Assembly: GCF_020745735.1 (NCBI RefSeq)
Contig: NC_083434.1
Span: 38,871,966 to 38,935,965 of the forward strand
Direction of reading: 5' to 3'
Length of the DNA stretch: 64,000 nt
DNA from: Hemiscyllium ocellatum
Lineage: Eukaryota
Within the stretch, counting starts at the first letter, position 1; each line of letters opens with the position of its first letter. A model generated the notes under the pieces. That model was given only the letters and a program-made list of their open reading frames with translations, was not told where the DNA came from and ran no database searches. A program made the translations under genes and the position numbers. Of this stretch, positions 1 through 12,900 are shown piece after piece.

Positions 1-1902
1 TACAGAAAAAATAAAGTGATTCTACAACACAAAAATGTTGTCTCAACTTTATCTAGCTCCCAGGAGATAAAGTAAATCCTCTTTGTTTTTGGGTGTTGCC
101 CAACATCCACACAACTATTCACTTTCACTTGATAAATCTGCAATATCATGCACATCGCACACAAACATCGGGGCAAGAATAAAAATCCTTGCCATCATGA
201 AGCAGCCAAGAACCACCAAGAGGGAAAAACGATTGCTTGTGCTGCTCATTTGTTCTTCTTTTCAAAAGACATGAACACCTTGATTTTTTTAAAAGAAATA
301 TGGGGGGGGGGGGGGGTGCTGGACACCTTCTGGTAAGACATCCACGTACAAGTAATCCCTAACAACATGATCTATACAGCACTTTCAACACTGAGCAAAA
401 GCAGACCACTGAGTGAGACTGGAGACTAACAGGCTGCTGGTGCGGGAAAGAAGCTGAAGACAAAATAGAAGTCACATATATAAGAACTGCAAGAGGTCAT
501 GAGTTAGAAGCCAGAGTGGACTAGTTTTGTTTCAGTAGAGAGCTGAAGGTAAACTACAACACTACACCCTCACTTCTGACATGGCTGCAATCAGCTGACT
601 TGCATTTGTCTTACTCCAACTTGAGCACACATTGCACTTTGCTAATTTTTTTAAAACCCTGTGGTAGTTGTCTGTTCCAGTTAAAGTATATCTTTGTAAT
701 TAATACAGTTACCAGAGACTGCACAAGCACAGTCTACAGAAACTGCAATTGATACTAATATTTGTCAAATATACGTTTTTCTCAATGATTAAAGGTTTTA
801 TGTTATGAATGAATTTGTTAAATGCTGCTATAGGTTATGAACCTTTAGGTCCTATACATGCTTATCTTTTCCATCAAACTGCATTGTTTAAATTTGTGAC
901 CAAACCATGGACTTCGAATATATCTGACCAGATAGATAGTTGCATTCTGTCCCCTTGTCCTGTGCATTGGTGAGTTCATTGATTTTTCTGTGAACCCATT
1001 GCTCCTGTAAAGTGGATGATTAGAGATCATAATGAAGTAACCTCTAGGGCATATGAAGCACATACTCCAGAGAGTGGTAGCTCCCAGAATAGGAAGAAAC
1101 AGAGCATATTGTCTTCTAATTGGTCAGTTGGTAATAATGGTATCTACATTTATGCTGCTTGGATTATTTCTATTGGGTTACAGGTGGATGGGGATGGGGA
1201 TGGGGTTGGGGTTGGTCTGGGTGGGATGCTTTTCGGAGGGTTGTTGCAGCAGTGGGCCAAATGGCCTCTGTCTGCACTGTAAGGATTCTATTACTAAGAG
1301 AACCAATAGTGAAGTTTCATTTGCAAGAAATTAAACAGGCACTGTTGAGGTGCACAGGATTTCTCAGATAAAATACACCGAACCAAAATCTGACTTTGAA
1401 ACAGTAATAAAGTAATTGGATATCTCAAAGGATTTCATTTTATTCTCATCTTTTTAAGTCTAGGTTGCTGCTCGAGATTGTTCTCACCATAATTCCTGTA
1501 CCATTTAAACAGACTCCATGCTCCACTCACTTGCTACCATCACACCCTATTCAACTCCAAAATGAGAATGGAACTTCATTTCCCCTCCATCACAGACCTC
1601 ACTACCTCCCTGTTTCAGCCTACATGCTGTTGAAACCTTCTTCCAGGCCCTTGTAAACACCTGACTTGTCTGTTCCAGTACCCTCTTCCCTCCACTGTCT
1701 TCAGCTCCCTTAAAGCTTTGCTAGTTATGTCCAACTCTTATTGAAGTTCTCTCTTACAGCAGCAGTGTGATTGTTGACCTACACTGAAGCCCTCAATGCT
1801 TCCATTTTAAAACTTGCATATTCTTGCACATACCAAGCACTAAACCTCCCCCAGTCTAAAGGTCCTCACCAAAACAACACTCTGCTTTGATTTCAATTAC
1901 AC

Positions 1903-3225
1903 TTAGAACATCGAACATAGAAAAATACAGCGCAGTACAGGCCCTTTGGCCCTCGAAGTTGCACCGATCCAAGCCCACCTAACCCACACTAGCCCACTAT
2001 CCTCCATATGCCTATCCAATGCCCGTTTAAATGCCGATAAAGAGGGAGAGTCCACCACTGCTACTGACAGGGCATTCCATGAACACTCAGCTTGCTGAGT
2101 AAAGAATCTACCCCTAACATCTGTCCTATACCTACCTCCCCTTAATTTAAAGCTAGGCCCCCTCGTAATAGCTGACTCCATACATGGAAAAAGGTTCTCA
2201 TTGTCAACCCTATCTAAACCCCTAATTATCTTGTACACCTCTATCAAGTCACCCCTAAACTTTCTTTTCTCCAATGAAAACAGCCCCAAGTGCCTCAGCC
2301 TTTCCTCATATGATCTTCCTACCATACCAGGCAACATCCTGCTAAAACCTCCTCTGCACCCGTTCCAGTGCCTCCACTTCCTTCCTATAGTATGGGCGAC
2401 CAAAACTGCACACAATACTACAGATGCGGCCGCACCAGAATCTTATACAACTGCAACATGACCTCAGGACTCCGGAACTCAATTCCTCTACCAATAAAAG
2501 CCAGTACACCATATGCCTTCTTCACAGCACTATGTTGCCTGGGTGGCAACTTTCAGATATCTGTGTACATGGACACCAAGATCCCTCTGCTCATCCACAC
2601 TACCAAGTATCCGACCATTAGCCCAGTACTCCATTTTCTTGTTACTCTTACCAAAGTGAATCACTTCATACTGACCTACATTGAACTCCATTTGCCACAT
2701 TTCTGCCCAGTTCTGCAGCTTATCTATATCCTGCTGTAACCTGCCACATCCTTCCTCACTGTCAACAACTCCACCGACTTTCGTATCATCCGCAAACTTG
2801 CTCACCCAACCTTCTAGCCCCTTCTAGTCTACCATGGGGAACCTTATCAAATGCCTTACTAAAATCCATACACAACACATCTACTGCTTTACCCTCATCC
2901 ACCTCCTTAGTCACCTTCTCAAAGAATTCAATAAGATTTGTGAGGCATGACCTGCCCTTCACAAAACCATGATGACTATCTCCTTGATCACATTATTCCT
3001 ATCCAGATGTTCATAAATCCTATCCCTTACAATTCTCTCTAAGACTTTGCCCACAACAGAAGTGAGACTCACCGGCCTATAGTTACTAGGGTTATCCCTA
3101 CTCCCCTTCTTGAACAATGGAACCACATTTGCTATCCTCCAGTTTCTGGCACTATTCTTGTAAACAACGAGGACATAAAAATCAAGACTAATGGCTCTAC
3201 AATCTCTTGCTTCCCAGAGATGCCT
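1903..3225 (-). mobile_element. CR1-clade LINE, 5'-truncated and internally deleted
   Basis: Broken RT ORFs (NYRPVSLTSVVGK, SKFADDTK, RGDLIEVYKI) and a (TTCTATG)-type 3' tail. Confidence 0.9.
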
Positions 3226-5105
3226 CTTCAACTTCTTTCAGATCCTCCCATTTGATCAATCCCTCCCAAATAGCTTTTAAAGATATTTTGGTCCTAATAT
3301 GTCATCACTAGTTGGGACAGCATTTATAACTCATCTCTTTGCTAGGTTATTTCACAGGGCAAATAAGAGTCAATTAAATTGCTGAGGAGCCTGGAGTCAC
3401 ATTCGGGCCAACCTGGGTAAAGATGGCAGATTTCCTTCCATAAAGGGCATCAGTGAACCCTTTGGGTTTTTACAATAAAAGTTACATGCTTGCCATTAGA
3501 CTCACGTTTAATCCCAGATCTAAAATTTGTCATTGTGAAATTCAAACCCATGTTCCCAGAAAAAAAACAAAACTGGAGAAACTCAGCAGGTCTGGTTGTA
3601 TCCGTGGAGAGAAACAGAGTTAATGTTTTGAATCCAATTCTTTAATGCTCCCAGAACGTGAGTCTGAGCTATAGAGTACTAGTGCAGTGAAATTACTAGC
3701 TCACTGCCACCTCAGCTCAGGAAGCTCAGACTTCATTTTTGTCAGATTGCATTCTGCAAGATGCCTTGAAGGCATTTTCTACACTGTATATGTAAATGCA
3801 TATCACATTTGTTGACACATTAACTCAGCTAGGATAAATATGTGTACAAAGCTTTTTGAAAAGCTTTACTATCTTGAATTTAACAAATGGAAAGAAACAC
3901 TCAGCTGTGAATGGATTCTAGTGAGCTTAAAAGAAACCCAGTCCAGGTGGATTGAAAACCACAACTAGAAAGTAAAACAGAAGGAGCAAGTAGAAAGCCA
4001 GCAAGATTGTTCAGGTACAGAGGACAAAGTAATTATACTAAAGTTTATAAATCACTGGTTAAATCTTAGCTAGAATTTCATGTCCAAGTCTGAACATCAG
4101 ATTAGAATGTCAAAGCCCCAGGGAAGGTGCAAGGTGATTATTAAAATGTTATGGATGAGGTATTTTAGTTACGTTGGAGAAACTAGAAGTAGTACAACTG
4201 TTCACTGTACAGAGAAAATTAAGGAGGGATTTAATAGAGGCATTCAAAATGATAAAGGATTTTGATGGATTAGACAGGAAGAAATTGTTTCCACTGGCAG
4301 GTGGTCAAGAACCTGCGGACAAGGATGGAAGGTGACAAAACCAGAGAATTATCTTTTTGCACTGAATACTACTTAGAACATGCTGCATGAAAGGATGGTA
4401 AAAGCAGATTCACATAGGTATGGTGAAAGAAAAAAAATCTCTGTAGGAGTACAGAGGAAGAGCCAGAGATGTGGGAATAATTGGAGAACTTCTTCAAAGA
4501 GCCAGAAAATACAAAAATGGGCCGGAATCACATCCTGTCATTCTTTCACCCTGTCAGAGATTTGTATTTTCTTCTGTTCATACTTTCCAACCTCTCTCAA
4601 AACACTTGCTTAGACAGATTTCTGGAGGCACTAACACTCATTGATCTGTTGCCAAGGGCCATTCACATTGGAAGGGCAATAACAACCCAACTGATAAGAT
4701 ATCGTGGATGAACAACAAGAGTCAGGTCTCTCCCAAGGTGCATTTCCAAGCAATGAACAGTTGCAGGCACAGGAACAAGCTGATGTTTTCTCTCTCTACC
4801 CTCATTCCCCTGACCAATCTCAGAGGAAAGAAAGTCAAATGTAATGTCTCAATCATACCCCAAATTAGCTAGCAGCAGAGACCAAAAATTGCTCGTTTCT
4901 GGACTGTACAATTCAGTACGACACAGTGTGGTGCATTTAGGTTGTAGTCAGAAACAGTTTCATAATGTTTACTTGTACGACAATTTAATAAACCAAACTT
5001 CACACATTCTCTTAATGAAATGAGAACAAACTGATAACCAGAGATTAATATGGTATGGGATAAACCCTTGATATTCACAAACATAATTATGAGTGAGAGA
5101 CTTAC

Positions 5106-5405
5106 AGGATCCGTCAGCATTGCTCGGGAGTGAGAAGCCAAAGCAAGGAAAGCTAGTGTATTGAAGATAATTCCATTAATGATACTGTACAATAAGTCTT
5201 TTGCTGGAACTAGCATTACAAAAATAACAACAAACTCTGCGTAGAAAATCAGCATCCAGGTCACGATGGCACAGGCCAGACCACAGCCATCTTTGATGAA
5301 CCAGATCCTATCCATGGAGTTATCACTGGAAGGTGGCAAACACTGGTCAGCTTGCAGGTACTCAGCTCGCCGCTCAATATCCCTGTTTCGATTAGTGGAT
5401 GACAT
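5106..5405 (-). CDS. ZDHHC3: Palmitoyltransferase ZDHHC3 (GODZ), first coding exon (100 codons); remaining exons lie left of the window
   Basis: Translation MSST...[27 protein letters not shown]...[15 protein letters not shown] matches the ZDHHC3/7 N-terminus. GTAAG donor follows 5106, and a pyrimidine-tract CAG acceptor precedes 5432. Head-to-head synteny with EXOSC7 favours ZDHHC3 over ZDHHC7. Confidence 0.93.
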
Positions 5406-5794
5406 GATCTAATAAGTAGTCCATAATTAAACCTGTTCAAGCAGAAAATAAAGCAATTTCAATTTTTTAAAAAACATAACTTTAAAAAGACAACTCAAAA
5501 GCTGATCCTTAATTTTGACAATACCTTTGTGTAAACATTAATGGCGCTGAACAGCATTAAAGTCACATTTTTATATACAAAGCTACCCAATATCAGGTAT
5601 GATACAGGTTCAGTCACAATATATAAATCCAACTGTCAGAAAGAAAAGGGCAGTAACTAAATTACCTTGGAAGATCAACTTTGGGGACAGAGGGATTTAT
5701 ATTAAAAAAAATATAGGTTGTGCCCATCGCTGGTAAGGCCAGCATTTATTCCCCATCAACTAAGTAACTTGCTGGGCCAACTCAGAGGGCAGCT

Positions 5795-6066
5795 CAGAGT
5801 CATTCAGGAGTCCAGGACTAGAGGGCATAGGTTAAAGCTAAGGGACCAAGGGGTAACTTTTTCACGCAGAGGTTGGTGGAATGAACGACCAGCGAAAGTG
5901 GAGGAGTTAGTACAATTACAACATTTAAAAGATATCGGGATGGCTATATGAAAAGAAAGAGTTTAGAGGGACCTGGGTCAAATGGGACTAGATTAATTTG
6001 GGATATCAGGTTAGCGCGGATGAGTTAGACCGAAAGGTGTTTCTGTGCTGCACATCTCTCTGACTC
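5795..6066 (+). mobile_element. CR1 LINE 3' end
   Basis: SRTRGHRLK motif and 3' UTR ending ...CATCTCTCTGACTCT, as in the other CR1 copies. Confidence 0.75.
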
Positions 6067-6235
6067 TATAAAACCAAACGGTGAGACAGAACTCGAGTGG
6101 TCATGAGTACGACACAAAAAACTTCGAGGTGCCTTTTTTTCCCACCAAGAATATCTAGGAGAGGGTGAGCTCAGGGGGACGGAGATGGGAGCTGATGGAA
6201 AAGTGAAGGGTTTGAACGTGAGGAGAGACACTCAC

Positions 6236-6580
6236 CCGTTAAAAAACCCCCTTGGGCGGATCCTTCCTCCCCTGTTCCCCCTCCCCACACACACACACAG
6301 CAGGCAGGACCCCTCAGGCAGACACTGGGGAGGAGCCGCCGCCAGCCCGAGCCTCAGGCTTCATGAGCACCGAGAGGAAGGCCCGGCCTCCCCAGAGATA
6401 GGGAAGGGGTGGGGAGGGGGAGGGGAGGAAACTCCAGCCGATCCCCGTGGAGACACACACACACACCAGGGGCTCGGTGCGGCTCTCCTCATCCACGCCG
6501 CCGCCGCCGCCAGCTACCCCTCGGGAAACGGAGCCACCCGTTACCGTGGACGCTCAACAGAGGGGCGGCTGAGGAAAACC
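6236..6580 (-). other. ZDHHC3: Putative non-coding exon 1 of ZDHHC3
   Basis: Consensus donor G|GTGAGT at 6235-6230 on the minus strand, inside the CpG island. (GGC)5 at 6497-6511. TSS not determinable; a weaker alternative donor lies at 6544. Confidence 0.55.
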
Positions 6581-6960
6581 GGAAACGGAAATGGACCCTC
6601 CAATTCTGCGGGGCGAGAATCCGGAACTGACGTAGGCGTCCGGTGCGACCCAACGTCACAAAATACGGTCACCAACCGCCTGGTGAACAACAATAACAGC
6701 GTCGCCGTCGTCACATCGGGCGGCGTTCTAATTCAGATTTCACCGCAGTCCCCGGCAGAGTTGGGTTGACGCCAATCCGCCCGAGTTTTAAAATAAAATT
6801 CCGTTGGTTGAGGGGGGGAGTGACGGTTGGTCGGCCGGCCGACGCGGGAGTGGTGTCGGCGCATGCGGGTCGCGTGGTGATGACGCGGGTGTAAGATGGC
6901 GACCGTGGTGCTGAGCGAGGCGGAGAAGGTGTATGTGATGCATGGAGTACAGGTAGGAGG
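6480..6960. promoter_or_regulatory. CpG-island bidirectional promoter shared by ZDHHC3 and EXOSC7
   Basis: High CpG density. ETS/GABP CCGGAA at 6579 and 6621 and CGGAA at 6586; CRE half-sites TGACG(T) at 6628, 6653 (reverse), 6767, 6821, 6881; CCAAT at 6772; NRF1-like GCGCATGCG at 6859; YY1-like AAGATGGCG over the EXOSC7 ATG; GC box at 6562. Confidence 0.85.
6896..6952 (+). CDS. EXOSC7: EXOSC7 exon 1 (MATVVLSEAEKVYVMHGVQ)
   Basis: Kozak AAGATGG; donor CAG|GTAGG. Confidence 0.95.
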
Positions 6961-9900
6961 CGGCACCGAGAAGCTCCTGCTGCCAGAGCCGCTGTGCTTT
7001 ATCCAGCACTGCGTTCTCGGCTATTGTGTAATGAAGCAGGCTTACTTAGTAATGTCGTGGTCAAACGTTCTCTGCAAAACAGTGTTCACAAAACCTTTGA
7101 ATTCAGGGTTAAATTTGAAAGTGATGCAAACAACAATCTCCAACGTTAAGGCAATGGCACAGGTATGAGGGGAGAATTTGAGTCATAGAGATGTACAGCA
7201 TGGAGACAGACCCTTTGGTCCAACCTGTCCATGCTGGCCAGATATCCCAACCCAGTCTAGTCCCACCTGCCAGCACCCGGCCCATATCCCTCCAAACTCT
7301 TCCTATTCATATACCCATCCAAATGCCTCTTAAATGTTGCAATTGTACCAGGCTCCACCTCATCCTCTGGCAGCTCATTCCATACACGTACCACCCTCTG
7401 TGTGAAAATGTTGCCTCATAGGTCTCTTTTCAATCCTCCCACTTCCTCCAAACTAAAGGAGTTGCCATGGGCACCCGCATGGGCCCCAGCTATGCCTGCC
7501 TCTTTGTAGGATATGTGGAACAGTCCATCTTCCGCAACTACACTGGCACCACCCCCCACCTTTTCCTCCGCTACATCGATGACTGTATCGGCGCTGCCTC
7601 GTGCTCCCACGAGGAGGTTGAACAGTTCATCAACTTTACTAACACCTTCCATCCCTACCTGAAATTCACCTGGACTGTCTCAGACTCCTCCCTCCCCTTC
7701 CTAGACCTTTCCATTTCTATCTCGGGCGACCGACTCAACACAGACATCTATTATAAACCAACTGACTCCCACAGCTACCTGGACTACACCTCCTCCCACC
7801 CTGCCCCCTGTAAAAACGCCATCCCATATTCCCAATTCCTTCGTTTCCGCCGCATCTGCTCCCAGGAGGACCAATTCCAACACCGCATAGCCCAGATGGC
7901 CTCCTCCTTCAAGGACCGCAGATTCCCCCCAGACGTGATCGACGATGCCCTCCACCGCATCTCCTCCACTTCCCGCTCCTCCGCCCTTGAGCCCCGCTCC
8001 TCCAACCGCCACCAAGACAGAACCCCACTGGTTCTCACCTACCACCCCACCAACCTCCGCATACAACGTATCATCCGCCGCCATTTCCGCCACCTCCAAA
8101 CGGACCCCACCACCAAGGATATATTTCCCTCCCCTCCCCTATCAGCGTTCCGCAAGGACCACTCCCTTCGTGACTCCCTCGTCAGATCCACACCCCCCAC
8201 CAACCCAACCTCCACCCCCGGCACCTTCCCCTGCAACCGCAGGAAATGTAAAACTTGCGCCCACACCTCCACACTCACTTCCCTCCAAGGCCCCAAGGGA
8301 TCCTTCCATATCCGCCACAAGTTCACCTGTACCTCCACACACATCATCTATTGCATCCGCTGCACCCGATGTGGCCTCCTCTATATTGGTGAGACAGGCC
8401 GCTTACTTGCGGAACGCTTCAGAGAACACCTCCGGGCCGCCCGAACCAACCAACCCAATCACCCCGTGGCTCAACACTTTAAGTCTCCCTCCCACTCCAC
8501 CGAGGACATGCAGGTCCTTGGACTCCTCCACCGGCAGAACACAACTACACGACGGCTGGAGGAGGAGCGCCTCATCTTCCGCCTGGGAACCCTCCAACCA
8601 CAAGGTATGAATTCAGATTTCTCCAGCTTCCTCATTTCCCCTCCCCCCACCTTGTCTCAGTCGGTTCCCTCAACTCAGCACCGCCCTCCTAACCTGCAAT
8701 CCTCTTCCTGACCTCTCCGCCCCCACCCCACTCCGGCCTATCACCCTCACCTTGACCTCCTTCCACCTATCCCTCCTCCATCGCCCTTCCCCCTAGTCCC
8801 TCCTCCCTACCTTTTATCTTAGCCTGCTTGGCTCTCTCTCTCTTATTCCTGATGAAGGGCTTATGCTCGAAACGTCGAATTCTCTATTCCTGAGATGCTG
8901 CCTGGCCTGCTGTGCTTTGACCAGCAACACATTTGCAGCTCTTTTATATCTTTCCCCTCTCACCCTAAGCCTATGCCCTCTAGTTCTGGATTCCCCCACC
9001 CCATGCCCCTCATGATTTTGTAAACCTCTATAAGGTCACCCCTCAGCCTCTGATGCTCCAGGGAAAACAGCCCCAGCCTCCATTAGATTAGATTACTTAC
9101 AGTGTGGAAACAGGCCCTTCGGCCCAACAAGTCCACACCGACCCGCCGAAGCGCAACCCACCCATACCCCTACATTTACCCCTTACCTAACACTACGGGC
9201 AATTTAGCATGGCCAATTCACCTGACCCGCACATCTTTGGACTGTGGGAGGAAACCAGAGCACCCGGAGGAAACCCACGCAGACACGGGGAGAACGTGTA
9301 AACTCCACACAGTCAGTCGTCTGAGTCGGGAATTGAACCCGGGTCTCAGGCGCTGTGAGGCAGCAGTGCTAACCACTGTGCCACCGTGCTGCCTGTTCAG
9401 TCTCTCCCTATAGCTCAAATCCTCCAAACCTGGCAACATCCTTGTAACTCTTTTCTGAATCCTTTCAAGTTTCACAACATCTTTCCGATAGGAAGGAGAC
9501 CAGAATTGCACGCAATATTCCAACAGTGGCCTAACCGATTTCCTGTACATCTGCAACATGACCTTCCGACTCCTATACTCAATACTCTGACCAATAAAGG
9601 AAAGCATACCAAACACCTTCTTCACTATCCTAACTAACTGCGACTCCATTTTCAAGGAGCTATGAACCTGCACTCTAAGGTCTCTTTGTTCAACAACAGT
9701 CCCTCAGACCTTACCATTATGTATAAGTCCTGCTCAGATTTGCTTTCCCAAAATGCAGCACCTTGCATTTATCTGAATTAAACTCCATCTGCCACTTCTC
9801 AGCCTATTGGCCCATCTGGTCCAGATCCTGTTGTAATCTGAGGTAACCCTCTTCGCTATCCACTCCACCTCCAATTTTGGTGTCATCTGCTAACTTACTA

Positions 9901-12900
9901 ACTGTACCTCTTATGCTCGTATCCAAATCATTTATGTAAATGACAAAAAGTAGAAGACCCAGCACCGATCCTTGTGGCACTCCACTGGTCACAGGCCTCC
10001 AGTCTGAAAAACAACCCTCCACCACCACCCTCTGTCTTCTATCTTTGAGCCAGTTCTGTATCCAAATAGCCAGTTCTCCGTGTATTCCATGAGATCTAAC
10101 CTTGCTAGTCAGTCTCCCATGGGGAACAGTGTTGAACGCCTTACTGAAGTCCATAAAGATCACATCTCTGCCCTCATCAATCCTCTTTGTTACTTCTTCA
10201 AAAAACTCAATCAAGTTTGTGAGACATGATTTCCCACATACAAAGCCATGTTGACTATCCTTGTCTTTATCAGTCCTTGTCTTTCCAAATACATGTATAT
10301 CCTGTCCCTCAGGATTCCCTCCAACAACTTTCCCTCCAACAACTTGCCCACCACTGATGTCAGGTTCACTGGTCTATAGTTCCCTAGCTTGTCTTTATCA
10401 TCCTTCTTAAACAGTGGCACCACATTAGCCAACCTCCAGTCTTCCGGCACTTCACCTGTGACTATCGATGATACAAATATCTCAACAAGAGGCCCAGCAA
10501 TCACATCTCTGGCTTCCCACAGAGTCCTGGGGATTTATCCACCTTTGTGTTTCAAGACATCCAGCACTTCCTCTTTTGTAATATAGACATTTTGCAAGGT
10601 GTCACCATCTATTTCCCTACATTCTATATCTTCCATATCCTTTACCACAGTAAATACTGATGCAAAATACTCGTTTAGTATCTTCCCCATCTCCTGTGGC
10701 TGCACCCAAAGGCTGATCTTTGAGCGGCCCTATTCCCTCCCTAGTTACCCTTTTGTCCTTAACGTACTTGTAAAAACCCTTTGGATTCTCCTTAATTCTA
10801 ATTGCCAAAGCTATCTCATGTCCCCCTTTTGCCCTCCTGATTTCCTTCTTAACTATACTCCTATTGCCTTTAGACTCTTCTAAGGACTCACACGACCTAT
10901 CGTGCGTTTCCTTCTTTTTCTTAACCAAACCCTCAATTTCTTTAGTCATCCAGCATTCCCAATACCTAACAGCCTTTGCTTTCACCCTGACAGGAATATA
11001 CTTTCTCTGGATTCTTGTTATCTTATTTCTGAAGGCTTCTTATTTTCCAGCCGTCCCTTGACTTGTGAACATCTGCCCCCAATCAGCTTTTGAAAGTTCT
11101 TGCCTAATACTGTCAAAATTGGCCTTTCTCCAATTTAGAACTTCAACTTTTAGATCTGGTCTATCCTTTTTCATCACTATTTTAAATCTAATAGAATTAT
11201 GGTCGCTGGCCCCAAAGTGCTCCCCCACTGACACCTCAGTCACCTCCCCTGCCTTATTTCCTAAGAGTAGTTAATATTTTGCACCTTCTCTAGTAGGTAC
11301 ATCCACATACTGAATCAGAAAATTGTCTTGTCCACACTTAACAAATTCCTCTCCATCTAAACCCTTAACACAATGGCAGTCCCAGTCTATGTTTGGAAAG
11401 TTAAAATCCCCTATCATAACCACCCTATTACTCTTACAGATAGCTGAGATCTCCTTACAAGTTTGTTTCTCAATTTCCTTCTGACTGTTAGGGGGTCTAT
11501 AATACAATCCCAAATAACTTCCCTGGGTGTGTTTCCAGGAATATCCTCCCTCAGCAAAGCTCTAATGCTATCCTTTATCAAAAATGCCACACCCCCTCCT
11601 CTTTTGCCTCTGTTTCTATCCTTCCTGTAGCATTTGTCTCCTGGAACATTAAGCCGCCAGTCCTGCCCATCCCTGAGCCATGTTTTTGTAATTGCTTGAT
11701 ACCAGTCCCATGTTCCTAACCATGCCCTGAGTTCATTCACCTTCCCCGTTAGGCGCTTGTATTGAAATAAATGCAGTTTAATTTATTAGTCCTACCTTGT
11801 CCCTGCCTGACCTGATCCCCTGTTGGGAAATGTGCAGACCAAATAAAATGGACGACGGGAAAAATTTCTGTCTGTAACAGCTGCTCCTTTTATTTGAGGT
11901 ATTTTAGGTGCTGGAGGTAATTTCCTCTAATTCCAGGAGCAGCTGTTGCATTGTTTTGGGACTTTGGGAAAAAAAGTCAAAAGAACACTAGTTTTAAAAG
12001 GGAGAAGAAAACGTGTTGCTGGAAAAGCGCAGCAGATCAGGCAGCATCCAAGGAGAAGGAGAATCGACGTTTCGGGCATGAACCCTTCTTTAGGAATTCC
12101 TGAAGAAGGGCTCATGCCCGAAGCGTCGATTCTCTTTCTCCTTGGATGCTGCCTGACCCACTGCGCATTTCCAGCAACACATTTTCAGCTCTGATCTCCA
12201 GTATCTGCAGTCCTCACTTTCTCTTAAAAGGGAGAAGAACAGACAAAGGAAGCACATGGTGACGTCAGTGCAGGAGGGAGAGAGAATTGATTAAGATTAA
12301 AGAGCCCTTTAGGGAACATCTCTGGGACACCCGCACCAATCAACTACACTGCCCTGTAGCCCAACATTTCAACCCCTCCCCACACACACAAAAACACACA
12401 ATCTGCCAAGGACATTCAAGTCCTGGGCCTCCTTCACCGCCGCTCCCTCACCACTTGACGCCTGGAGGAAGAACGCCTCATCTTCTGCCTCAGAACACTT
12501 CAACCCCAGGGCATCAATGTGGACTTCACCAGTTCCCTCATTTCCCCATTCCCCCACCTCACCCCAGATCCAACCTTTCAGCTCAGCACCAACCTCCTGA
12601 CCTGTCCCACCTGCCAATCTCCCTTCCCAGCTATCTGTTCCACCCTCTTCTCTGACCTATCACCTCCATCCCCACCCCTATCCACCTATTGTACTCTTTG
12701 CTACCTTCCCCCCAGCCCCACTCCTCCTCTCATTTAACTCTCCAGCCTGGTGGCTCCCTGCCTTCAGTCCTGATGAGGGCTTTTGCCCAAAACGTCGATT
12801 TTCCTGCTCTTTGGATGCTGCCTGACCGGCTGTCTTTTCCAGCACCACTCTAATCTAGACTCTGATTTCCAGCATCTGCAGTCTTCACTTTTGCCAACTA

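Larger units (their letters stand above)
7181..11810 (-). mobile_element. Near-complete CR1 LINE ORF2 (APE endonuclease + RT), decayed; interrupted by a PLE (7431-8940) and a SINE (9083-9392)
   Basis: APE motifs YRKDR..GGGVA, GLYYRPPNS, GDFNFP, SDHN; RT motifs DFSKAF, GVPQGSVLG, ADDTK; 3' UTR at 7181. Confidence 0.92.

Noticed and set aside
4869-5105. C-terminal 78 aa of the 178-aa ORF
   Set aside because: Read-through into the intron beyond the GTAAG donor at 5105.
6185-6769. 194-aa ORF and neighbours over the CpG island
   Set aside because: GC-rich promoter/5' UTR sequence is naturally stop-poor; no recognisable domain.
7701-8610. Antisense and alternate-frame ORFs over the PLE (also 30745-32165)
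   Set aside because: Shadow ORFs of C-rich retroelement coding sequence.
9300-9392. tRNA gene
   Set aside because: The A/B boxes are the head of a SINE, repeated with the same body elsewhere in the window.
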